DNA of 64,000 nt, taken from the NCBI GenBank assembly GCA_040756735.1, contig JBFLYC010000020.1, positions 114 through 64,113 of the forward strand. The letters run 5' to 3'. This DNA comes from Bacillota bacterium (GTDB lineage Bacteria > Bacillota > DSM-16504 > Desulfitibacterales > Desulfitibacteraceae). The position numbers were made by a program, and so were the translations under genes. Positions 9,921 to 17,212 of this stretch are shown here, piece by piece. How positions within the stretch are numbered: the first letter of the stretch is position 1; each line of letters opens with the position of its first letter. The notes beneath the pieces are model-generated. The model did not search any database and had not been told where the DNA came from. It saw nothing but the letters and a program-made list of their open reading frames with translations.

Positions 9921-11069
9921 TTATATAATAAGGTTTTTTTTCAGGCGTAAAAGACTTAGCTTGTTCTTTTCGGATATGTCTTTATGTTTCGGATTCAGTG
10001 GATAATCGCCTGGGTCATCATCCATTTTTTCTGGCAGCCTGACAGGGCTTACTTCTTGCCACTTGTGCAGCCAGGTACTTGGCATATCAATAGGTAAAGG
10101 ACGATTTGCGACCTCTGCCCAAACCATGGCCCATGCTCTTGGAACAACACGCCAGATATCATAACCTCCCCCTCCAACTGCTACCCAGCGTCCTTCACAA
10201 TATTCATGGGCAAGGTTGTGGGTTAATTGTGGAATTTCCCTCAAAGCCCTGGTTGTTAGTGATAAATGAGCCAATGGATCTAAAAAGTGATTGTCACATC
10301 CGTTTTGGCTGATTATTAGATCAGGTTTAAACCTTTTAGTAATTGAAACCAGCAAGTCTTCTAGACATTCAATATAAGACGTGTCGTGGGTATAAGGTTC
10401 CAAAGGAAGGTTAATACTATAACCTGCTCCCCTGTCAATACCCAGCTCGTCAATGCTGCCGGTACCGGGAAAAAGGTATGTTCCGCTTTCATGGATGGAC
10501 ACAGTAAGTACTTCCGGGTTGTTGTAAAACAGCCACTGAACCCCGTCACCATGGTGTGCGTCTGTATCGATGTACATAATGCGGGCTTTGTATTTTTGGA
10601 GCGCCCAGGCTATGGCCGCTGCCGCATCGTTGTAAATACAAAAACCGGAAGCCTTGTCAAATTGGGCATGGTGAAGACCTCCACCAATATTGAGGGCATG
10701 TTGGACTTTATTTTCCATTACCAGTTCAGCAGCTTTAATGGTTGCACCGACAACCAGACTTGCAGCATGATGCATACCCCGGAAAATCGGGTTATCCCCT
10801 GTTCCTAAACCGTAGCTGAGAGCTTTGCCTGAAGCTGTTCCTGTCAAGCCTGCTGCCTGGACCATCTCTATATAGAGTGGGTCATGGACCAGTTCCAGCT
10901 GGTCAAGGGCAGCATAATTAGGCTGCACAATATCTTCCGGTTGAAGTAGCCCTGCGGCCTCAAGCAGTTCAGTGGTTAGTTTTAACCTCAAAGGGTTAAA
11001 AGGATGCTGCTGTGAAAATTTGTAATCAAGAAATTCATGGGAATAAATATAAACTCCTTTGCCGGCCAT
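9921..11069 (-). CDS. acuC: class I HDAC-family protein deacetylase AcuC
   Basis: HDAC-fold motifs GGGLHHAQ, YIDTDAHHGDGVQ, GGGGY. ORF-track start 11213 overlaps acuB. ATG 11069 lies 1 nt after the acuB stop (11071-11073) and gives the usual N-terminus MAGKGVYIYS. Confidence 0.9.
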   Translation of the reverse strand: MAGKGVYIYSHEFLDYKFSQQHPFNPLRLKLTTELLEAAGLLQPEDIVQPNYAALDQLELVHDPLYIEMVQAAGLTGTASGKALSYGLGTGDNPIFRGMHHAASLVVGATIKAAELVMENKVQHALNIGGGLHHAQFDKASGFCIYNDAAAAIAWALQKYKARIMYIDTDAHHGDGVQWLFYNNPEVLTVSIHESGTYLFPGTGSIDELGIDRGAGYSINLPLEPYTHDTSYIECLEDLLVSITKRFKPDLIISQNGCDNHFLDPLAHLSLTTRALREIPQLTHNLAHEYCEGRWVAVGGGGYDIWRVVPRAWAMVWAEVANRPLPIDMPSTWLHKWQEVSPVRLPEKMDDDPGDYPLNPKHKDISEKNKLSLLRLKKNLII

Positions 11070-11070
11070 T

Positions 11071-11718
11071 TTAAATGCCTCCATCCATGGGCCAGGTAAC
11101 GGTAAAACCTGCTTTTTTAATCTCGCTGACAATGTGTTCCGGCATGATTGTAGCAATGCGCATGGATAGCAGGGTGTGTCCTGGCTTTTTCTTGGATTTC
11201 CTGAGAAATACACTATTAATATTAATTCCGTAGTTTTTGATTATTCCTGAGACATCAGCCAATATGCCCGGGCGGTCAACAAATTCAATTGTTATTAAAG
11301 ATCCTGGGTTTGTTGCTCCCATCAGCTCCACAAGAGAACGCAGCAGGTCGGTTTCCGTTACAATTCCCACCAGTTTTTCATCTTTGATAACCGGCAGACA
11401 GCCAATCTTATGCTCATAAAGGATACGGGCAGCTTCATCAACAGAGTCTAAAGGGTGAGCAGTGATAATGTTAGCTTTCATTATGTCCTTTACTTTTTTT
11501 GCTTTAAGGAGGTCAAGGTCTTCAGGCACAAAAATGGATGGTTTGGCATCTCTTAAATCCCTGTCTGAAACAATACCCGCAAGCCGGTCACCTTCTACCA
11601 CCGGCAAATGCCGTATGCGGTTTTCCTTGGCTTTTTGGAGAGCATCAAGAACACTGTCTTCAGGTTTTAATGTAATTAGATTTACCCTCATAACATCTTC
11701 TACCAACATGTTTTTCAC
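11071..11718 (-). CDS. acuB: CBS-pair + ACT domain protein AcuB
   Basis: 215-aa ORF with two CBS repeats (IRHLPVVEGDRLAGIVSDRDL; IGCLPVIKDEKLVGIVTETDL) and a C-terminal ACT-like segment. First gene of the acuB-acuC-acuA string. Confidence 0.85.
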   Translation of the reverse strand: MKNMLVEDVMRVNLITLKPEDSVLDALQKAKENRIRHLPVVEGDRLAGIVSDRDLRDAKPSIFVPEDLDLLKAKKVKDIMKANIITAHPLDSVDEAARILYEHKIGCLPVIKDEKLVGIVTETDLLRSLVELMGATNPGSLITIEFVDRPGILADVSGIIKNYGININSVFLRKSKKKPGHTLLSMRIATIMPEHIVSEIKKAGFTVTWPMDGGI

Positions 11719-11965
11719 CTCTTTATCATTTTTATCATTAAATATATGACTACATGATTAAGTTGGGATCGACTTTTATACTGGTTAACTCTTGATTAAA
11801 TATATTCTATTAATTATTCAGACTTCCTTTTGAGATTCTGTTTACTTTGGGGGCATTTCCGGTATACAATAATCTGGAGGTATAAAAAAGGACAAGATAT
11901 GTGACCTGAGCTGGCTTGATTATAGATTTATCAAGCTATTAAGTTAAAGAAGGGAGTTAAGGATT

Positions 11966-12517
11966 GTGGAATTAAAAATCATGCTGGGTATCATTGGTGT
12001 TTTGGTTTTGTTTGCTATTTTTACTTACAACCGTTTAATTACTCTCAGGAATGCTGTTAAAAATGCATGGGCCTCCATCGAAACCCAACTCCAGCGCAGG
12101 TATGACCTTATACCTAACCTGGTGGAAACCGTAAAAGGGTATATGGCACATGAGAAGGATGTTTTAGAAAGTGTAACTAAGGCACGCACGGCTTTTATGA
12201 ATGCTAATTCTGTTAAAGAGGCTGCCCAGGCAGAAAACATGCTGTCTGGAGCTTTAAAAACCCTCTTTGCAGTTTCGGAAAACTACCCACAGCTTAAGGC
12301 TTCCCAAAATTTTCTGATGCTGCAGGAAGAACTCGCAGGCACAGAGAACAAAATCAGCTATGCCAGGCAGCGCTATAATAATTCTGTGATGGACTACAAT
12401 ACTGCCATTCAAAAATTTCCTGCCAATATATTTGCCGGTATGTTCAACTTCAGGCAGGAAGAGTTCTTTGAGGTTGATAATCCAGATGCCAGGAAGGCTG
12501 TAAAGGTTAAATTTTGA
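11966..12517 (+). CDS. lemA: LemA family membrane protein
   Basis: N-terminal TM segment followed by YNRLITLRNAVKNAWASIETQLQRRYDLIPNLVETVKGY, the typical LemA core. GTG start with RBS GAAGGGAG. Confidence 0.9.
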   Translation: MELKIMLGIIGVLVLFAIFTYNRLITLRNAVKNAWASIETQLQRRYDLIPNLVETVKGYMAHEKDVLESVTKARTAFMNANSVKEAAQAENMLSGALKTLFAVSENYPQLKASQNFLMLQEELAGTENKISYARQRYNNSVMDYNTAIQKFPANIFAGMFNFRQEEFFEVDNPDARKAVKVKF

Positions 12518-12571
12518 TGATAGTCTAAATTCTAATGGTATTAATTCTAAGGCTATGGAAGGTATAGAACC

Positions 12572-13489
12572 ATGCAAATATATCAACAAATAAACAGGAA
12601 TAAAAGGAATACATTTTTGTTCCTCTTTGTTTTTATCCTGCTGATAATAGCCGTTGTCTATGCTGTAAGCTATTCCTTGTCGCCGGAATCAGCTTATATA
12701 GTGGCAACGATAGCTTTTTTAATTTCTGTGGTAGGAAGTTTTTTTACTTACTATTACAGTGACCAGATGCTGCTAAAAATGGCCAATGCCAGGCCCGTAT
12801 CAAGGGAAAGGGAACCTTTCCTCTATCATACCATTGAGGGGGTTGCCATAGCCTCAGGAGTGCCTACTCCCAAGGCTTATGTCATTGAATCCGATGTGCC
12901 AAATGCCTTTGCAACAGGTAGAAATCCTCAGAATTCTGCTGTTGCTGTGACCAGAGGACTGTTAAAACTCATGAACAGGGAAGAGCTGGAAGGTGTAATT
13001 GCTCATGAGATGGCCCATATTAAAAACTATGACATCCTGTTTTCCACTATTGTGATTGTTTTAGCAGGTACCCTTGTTTATGTTTCAGCCATACTGCGCC
13101 GGGCTTTCTTTTATGGAGGAGCCAGAGGAGGCGGACGCGGCAGGGGAGGCAGCAAAGGCAATCCCATAGTAATGATAGTAGGCATAATTACCATTGTCCT
13201 GGCACCTTTAATAGCAAAACTGATCCAAATGGCCATGTCGAGAAGCAGGGAGTATCTGGCTGATGCTACTGCAGCCAGAACTATAGGTTATCCGCTCGGT
13301 CTTGCTTCTGCCCTTGAAAAACTTGCTAATTATAGTAATCCTGATAGGGTGGAACGAGAAGGGTTTGCTAATGAAGCCACTGCTGGACTATTTATCATTA
13401 ATCCCCTCTCCAAGAACCTTAATGTTGATTCCGTGTTCAGCACCCATCCGCCCATTAAAAAGAGGATTGAAGTTTTGCGGAAAATGTAA
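12572..13489 (+). CDS. htpX: M48-family zinc metalloprotease HtpX homologue
   Basis: HEMAHIKNYD (HExxH), four hydrophobic segments, and the downstream EYLADATAAR glutamate motif. This is the usual LemA-HtpX pairing. Confidence 0.9.
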   Translation: MQIYQQINRNKRNTFLFLFVFILLIIAVVYAVSYSLSPESAYIVATIAFLISVVGSFFTYYYSDQMLLKMANARPVSREREPFLYHTIEGVAIASGVPTPKAYVIESDVPNAFATGRNPQNSAVAVTRGLLKLMNREELEGVIAHEMAHIKNYDILFSTIVIVLAGTLVYVSAILRRAFFYGGARGGGRGRGGSKGNPIVMIVGIITIVLAPLIAKLIQMAMSRSREYLADATAARTIGYPLGLASALEKLANYSNPDRVEREGFANEATAGLFIINPLSKNLNVDSVFSTHPPIKKRIEVLRKM

Positions 13490-13515
13490 ATTTCCAAAGG
13501 GAGCCAATTAGGCTA

Positions 13516-14220
13516 ATGAAAGAACTAATTAGAGAGGTTTTTGAATGCAATTTATGTTCTGACATAGCAGCGTTTGAAAAGACTTTTTATTACAACAATC
13601 CAAGCCCAGAGATTGGGATATTAATGCAGAATCCCGCATTCCCAAGTAAAAAAGAAAAATCTGAACTTCAAAATGCTATTACTTTTGAAGAACAGATTCA
13701 AGTCCAGGTGAAATATCTTAGGGAATGGGTCTCAAATTCAGGGCACTTTTTTAAGCCGTTTTTTATCCTTTTGAAACAAAAAGGGTTAATTTCATATGAT
13801 GAACTGGCAAATTACAGATACTCAGGTGGGTATTTATCGGACTTTTATTTCTTTGATGCAGTTAAGTGTAGGTCTGTAACAAAAGATATAACGCTGGAGC
13901 ATTTTACTAATTGTTCTCGTTTTGTTGAGAGAGAACTAGATCAATTATCAAAGATAAAGATAATCTTTTCTTTTAGTTCTCGTACTTGGGAGCATTTCAA
14001 AGAAAAATTTAATCCAAGATTGGTTAAGAAAGACGTCCAACTAAATAATATGAAAGTCACATCTGCTCATGGCCACCATTTTAGTATTTTATACAAAAAT
14101 CGGATCATATATGTGATACCATTGGTTCATATGAGTGAAAGGATATTTAATAACCTTTTGAGGAATTCATATTTTGATTATCTTGAAGAGGGTTTGGACG
14201 AATTAGTAAATATCAAATAG
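13516..14220 (+). CDS. uracil-DNA glycosylase-superfamily-like protein (family 4/5-like four-Cys pattern, divergent catalytic motif)
   Basis: CNLC at residues 11-14 plus later VKCRS and TNCSR cysteines ~15 residues apart, which is the family-4 UDG 4Fe-4S pattern. GILMQNPAFPS stands where GEAPG is expected. IIFSFSSRTW and VIPLVHMSER stand where LG..A and HPS are expected. Visibly AT-rich. Confidence 0.45.
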   Translation: MKELIREVFECNLCSDIAAFEKTFYYNNPSPEIGILMQNPAFPSKKEKSELQNAITFEEQIQVQVKYLREWVSNSGHFFKPFFILLKQKGLISYDELANYRYSGGYLSDFYFFDAVKCRSVTKDITLEHFTNCSRFVERELDQLSKIKIIFSFSSRTWEHFKEKFNPRLVKKDVQLNNMKVTSAHGHHFSILYKNRIIYVIPLVHMSERIFNNLLRNSYFDYLEEGLDELVNIK

Positions 14221-14324
14221 GTTATCGGCACTTCGTCCAACGAGCCTGTAGAAAAAGCCCCCCAAAGCCACAATAAATAGTATAATAATGGGAAAAGTGA
14301 CAAACAGAAAAGGGGCATAAGTTA

Positions 14325-14930
14325 ATGGCAAAATATAAAATCCATTCATACGAACAGGCAATTTTACTACCCCATTGATTTTTCACAACAAATCCTTCCC
14401 AGTTGAACATACCTTGAACTATCTAATAGATAATCGGGTTGACCTTTCAGTATTTGAAAAAGAAATATAAGAACGATATAACAGGAGCCCCAGCATGAAA
14501 TCCTGGAATTATGTTAAAAATTATTATCTTTGCTTACTCAAAAGGTACCGTATCGTCGAGATCATTGCAGATGCCTGTAAAACAAACATAATCTTTAAAG
14601 CGCTAAGTGCCAATTCAGAGCTACATTTTACAACCATAGCATCATTTATATCCACCATGAAAGAAGAAATTATGCCTATATTCAGGAATATACTCATGGT
14701 TTGCTCAGAACTTGAGTAGATTGGCGGAGACATGTTTGCCACAGATGGCTGTAAGATCGGTTCCAATGCAGCCAAAGAATGGAGTGGACATTCAGAATGG
14801 GAATAGTGGAGCCGGTATTTTCCAATAATACATACTGCAAAAAAATGAACAGATTTACACTAAGGAGCAAAAAGCCAAGGTTAATATTCAATTGCTTCTT
14901 TTTTGTCTTGTACATACATTATATATTTAA
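14325..14930 (+). mobile_element. degraded IS1182/IS5-type (DUF772 N-terminus) transposase remnant with frameshifts and a large internal deletion
   Basis: Fragments in three frames: MAKYKIHSYEQAILLP; FPVEHTLNYLIDNRVDLSVFEKEI; RIVEIIADACKTNIIFKALSANSELHFTTIASFISTMKEEI...IGGDMFATDGCKIGSNAAKEWSG. The sequence then jumps straight to C-terminal-type fragments GIVEPVF...NRFTLRS and KAKVNIQLLLFCLVHTLYI*. Confidence 0.7.
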
Positions 14931-14998
14931 CTACAAATAGTATGCTATTATAGCAATGTGTGTTATAATATGGTTATGTGAGGTGTCATTATAATATC

Positions 14999-15301
14999 AT
15001 GTTAGTTATCCGTGGAGTACTACAAGAAGAATTTGAACGTCAAAATCGAATATTGCAATTATATGAAAGAAAAGTAGAAGGATTACCTAAGGGCAATATT
15101 GCTTTTAAAAAAATTAATGGAAGGCAATATGCTTATTTACAATACCGTGAAGGAAGAAAAGTAAACAGTCAATATATTCCTAATAATGATTTACCTGGAT
15201 TAGCAGCCAAGGTTAAAGAAAGAAAAAAGTACGAGAAAATGATTGAGGACATTAAAAAAGAAATTAAGTTTATACAAAAAGCCCTTCGTATTAAAATTTG
15301 A
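14999..15301 (+). CDS. small basic protein of unknown function, partner of the NTase-fold gene
   Basis: About 100 aa. Contains KGNIAFKKINGRQYAYLQYREGRKVNSQYIP followed by a Lys/Glu-rich helix. Ends 15 nt before the next gene. Start is uncertain (GTG 14978 or ATG 14999). Confidence 0.45.
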   Translation: MLVIRGVLQEEFERQNRILQLYERKVEGLPKGNIAFKKINGRQYAYLQYREGRKVNSQYIPNNDLPGLAAKVKERKKYEKMIEDIKKEIKFIQKALRIKI

Positions 15302-15316
15302 TTAAGGAGAATATAT

Positions 15317-16001
15317 GTGGAACAGACAAGAAAAGTTTTTTGGGAAACATTAAAGCTTTTTAAAGATATAAATCTACTGCAACATTTGTTATTGATTGGA
15401 AGCTGGGCAGAGTATATTTATGAGTTTGCCTATTATAAAGATTATAATGCTAATCTTAAAACTCTAGATATTGACTTTTTGATAAAAAACATTAATCGAC
15501 CTTCTGAGTCAATTAATATTAGCAAGATATTAGCGGACAATGGTTATGAAATGGATGTTGATTATTTAACTGGAGTAGCTAAGTTTTATAAGGATAATAT
15601 ATTAGAATTAGAGTTTCTTGTAAGTGAAAAGGGTAGGGGGCAAACTGAACCATATTTAATAAAATCTTTGGGTATTCGGGCTGAGGGTTTACGTCATATG
15701 GAAATGCTTATAAATAATTCAATTACGGTTGCTGTTAATGATTACGAGCTAGCTGTGCAGGTGCCATTACCCCAAGCTTACCTTTTACATAAAATGGTTA
15801 TTTCTGATAAAAGAACAGGATTAAAACAAAAAAAAAGATTTGAACTCGGTATTAAATTTACTTGAATATATTAAGGAAAAGCCTAATGAATTTAGGATGT
15901 TAAAGTACATTTTTGATGATAAGTTGCTAACAGGCCAAAAGAAAAAGGTGGTTAGTTTTTGCAGGAGAAATGAAATTTTATTATCAGAATTCTTAACCTA
16001 A
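15317..16001 (+). pseudogene. minimal nucleotidyltransferase-fold protein (GSU2403-like?) interrupted by a frameshift in an A9 tract
   Basis: RBS AAGGAG 8 nt before GTG 15317. NTase signature LLIGSWAEYIY...TLDIDFLI (G-S...D-x-D). The frame stops at 15865, but a 1-nt length change in A9 (15828-15836) continues as KKDLNSVLNLLEYIKEKPNEFRMLKYIFDDKLLTGQKKKVVSFCRRNEILLSEFLT* ending at 16001. Confidence 0.55.
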
Positions 16002-16005
16002 CAAG

Positions 16006-16038
16006 AAAAAGCCCCTTTGTTTTCATGAACAAAGGGGC
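16006..16038 (-). terminator. rho-independent terminator (minus-strand sense), second of two behind the small peptide gene
   Basis: Perfect 11-bp arms GCCCCTTTGTT (16011-16021) and AACAAAGGGGC (16028-16038). The minus-strand RNA ends in UUUUU. Confidence 0.7.
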
Positions 16039-16107
16039 AAAGAGAAGGGTAGAATAACCTTGAGTCAAAAACTATTATCTCACCATTCAGGTGAGGTCTT
16101 TTATAAC

Positions 16108-16311
16108 TTAGTGGCAGGCGCCGCCGCTGACGCCGTTGCCTATACCTTGGCTGACGCAGCTGCCTAGACCGCCCATTGCCTTCGCGCACTGGGCAACAGC
16201 TTGTCCGCCTTTTTCAGTGGCCATGAAAGAAACCACGTTTCCCGCCCCTGCAACTCCCGCAAAATAGAAAAGGGATACTGCAATGATTCCAACCGTCAGT
16301 AATCTTTTCAC
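16108..16311 (-). CDS. small secreted Gly-rich, three-Cys peptide (67-aa precursor)
   Basis: Strong RBS AGGAGG 7 nt before GTG 16311. Sec-type signal MKRLLTVGIIAVSLFYFAGVAGA. Mature part GNVVSFMATEKGGQAVAQCAKAMGGLGSCVSQGIGNGVSGGACH. Own hairpin CTCACC/GGTGAG at 16079-16095. Confidence 0.6.
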   Translation of the reverse strand: MKRLLTVGIIAVSLFYFAGVAGAGNVVSFMATEKGGQAVAQCAKAMGGLGSCVSQGIGNGVSGGACH

Positions 16312-16432
16312 AAAAATCCTCCTTTGCTGCTTTATAATATGTGTAAATGTTAGACAACCTAAATTTATACTAGATTTTTGTAAATAATAAGATTAAATTT
16401 TGAACTTTATATGAAATCTATAGTCAATAACT

Positions 16433-16451
16433 TCACAATTTGGTCACAATT
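16433..16451. promoter_or_regulatory. direct repeat with 11-bp periodicity, candidate OmpR/WalR-type response-regulator site
   Basis: TCACAATT-tgg-TCACAATT. On the minus strand this reads TGTGAC-N5-TGTGAA, one position off the TGTWAH-N5-TGTWAH WalR-type consensus. It lies in the divergent region between the peptide gene and the RR/HK operon and overlaps the -35 position of a TATAAT at 16467-16472. Confidence 0.4.
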
Positions 16452-16525
16452 AAAACACATTTTTTATATAATCATGGTATATTATGTTTTTGAAAGTAAA
16501 TATAACGGGATAAGAGGTGATACAG

Positions 16526-17212
16526 ATGACCATGCCAAGAATCCTGGTTGTGGATGATGAAGAAGGTATCAGGGAATTAGTGGCAATATATTTAAAAAAG
16601 GACGGTTTTTATGTGGATACCGCTAAAGACTCTGAGCAGGCTTTGCAAAAAACTGAGCAAAAGTCTTATGACCTGTTTATAATTGATGTCATGATGCCCA
16701 AGATAGATGGTTTTGCCCTGGTAAAAGAAATAAGAGGCTTCAGCGACAAGCCCATTATTATGCTCACAGCCCGGGGTGAGGAATATGAAAGAGTTTTAGG
16801 ATTTGAACTGGGTTGTGATGATTATGTGGTCAAACCTTTTAGCCCCAGGGAGTTAGTCCATAGGGTCAAGGTTATCCTAAAAAGAATAAGTGGTAATATG
16901 GGCCAGGGAGAAGCACTTCATTATCCCAGGCTGCTGGTTGACCCGACAGCTAGAAAAGTAATGGTTGATGGCAAAGAGATCGCCCTCACGCCAAAGGAGT
17001 TCAACCTTTTATATTATTTAGCCGGTAATCCGGGGCGTGTATACACCAGGGAGCAGATCCTGGAAAACATCTGGGGATATGATTATTTTGGTGATCTAAG
17101 GACTGTAGACACTCATGTTAAAAAGCTTCGAGAAAAGCTCGGTCGGGATGACGGACCTGATTATATTAATACTGTTTGGGGAGTAGGATATAAATTTGAG
17201 GTGACAGAATGA
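16526..17212 (+). CDS. OmpR/PhoB-family response regulator
   Basis: Receiver (ILVVDDEEGI, LFIIDVMMPKIDG, MLTARG) plus wHTH output (RVYTREQILENIWGYDYFGDLRTVDTHVKKLREKL). ATG 16526 is preferred over GTG 16517 because of its spacing from AAGAGG. Confidence 0.92.
   Translation: MTMPRILVVDDEEGIRELVAIYLKKDGFYVDTAKDSEQALQKTEQKSYDLFIIDVMMPKIDGFALVKEIRGFSDKPIIMLTARGEEYERVLGFELGCDDYVVKPFSPRELVHRVKVILKRISGNMGQGEALHYPRLLVDPTARKVMVDGKEIALTPKEFNLLYYLAGNPGRVYTREQILENIWGYDYFGDLRTVDTHVKKLREKLGRDDGPDYINTVWGVGYKFEVTE

Noticed and set aside
11070-11213. The N-terminal extension of the acuC ORF (430 aa in the track) overlapping acuB.
   Set aside because: The extension has no similarity to AcuC N-termini and overlaps acuB by 143 nt. 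ATG 11069 gives a canonical start. Similar spurious extensions were trimmed at 38246-38329 (cdd), 38756-38872 (BMP lipoprotein), 61296-61394 (permease), 2337-2393 (SARP) and 50710-50730.
15998-16189. A 63-aa Arg-rich ORF (RQLRQPRYRQRRQRRRLP).
   Set aside because: It is an out-of-frame shadow of the Gly-rich peptide gene (GGN/GCN codons read as CGN in the other frame), spans two terminator hairpins, and has no RBS.
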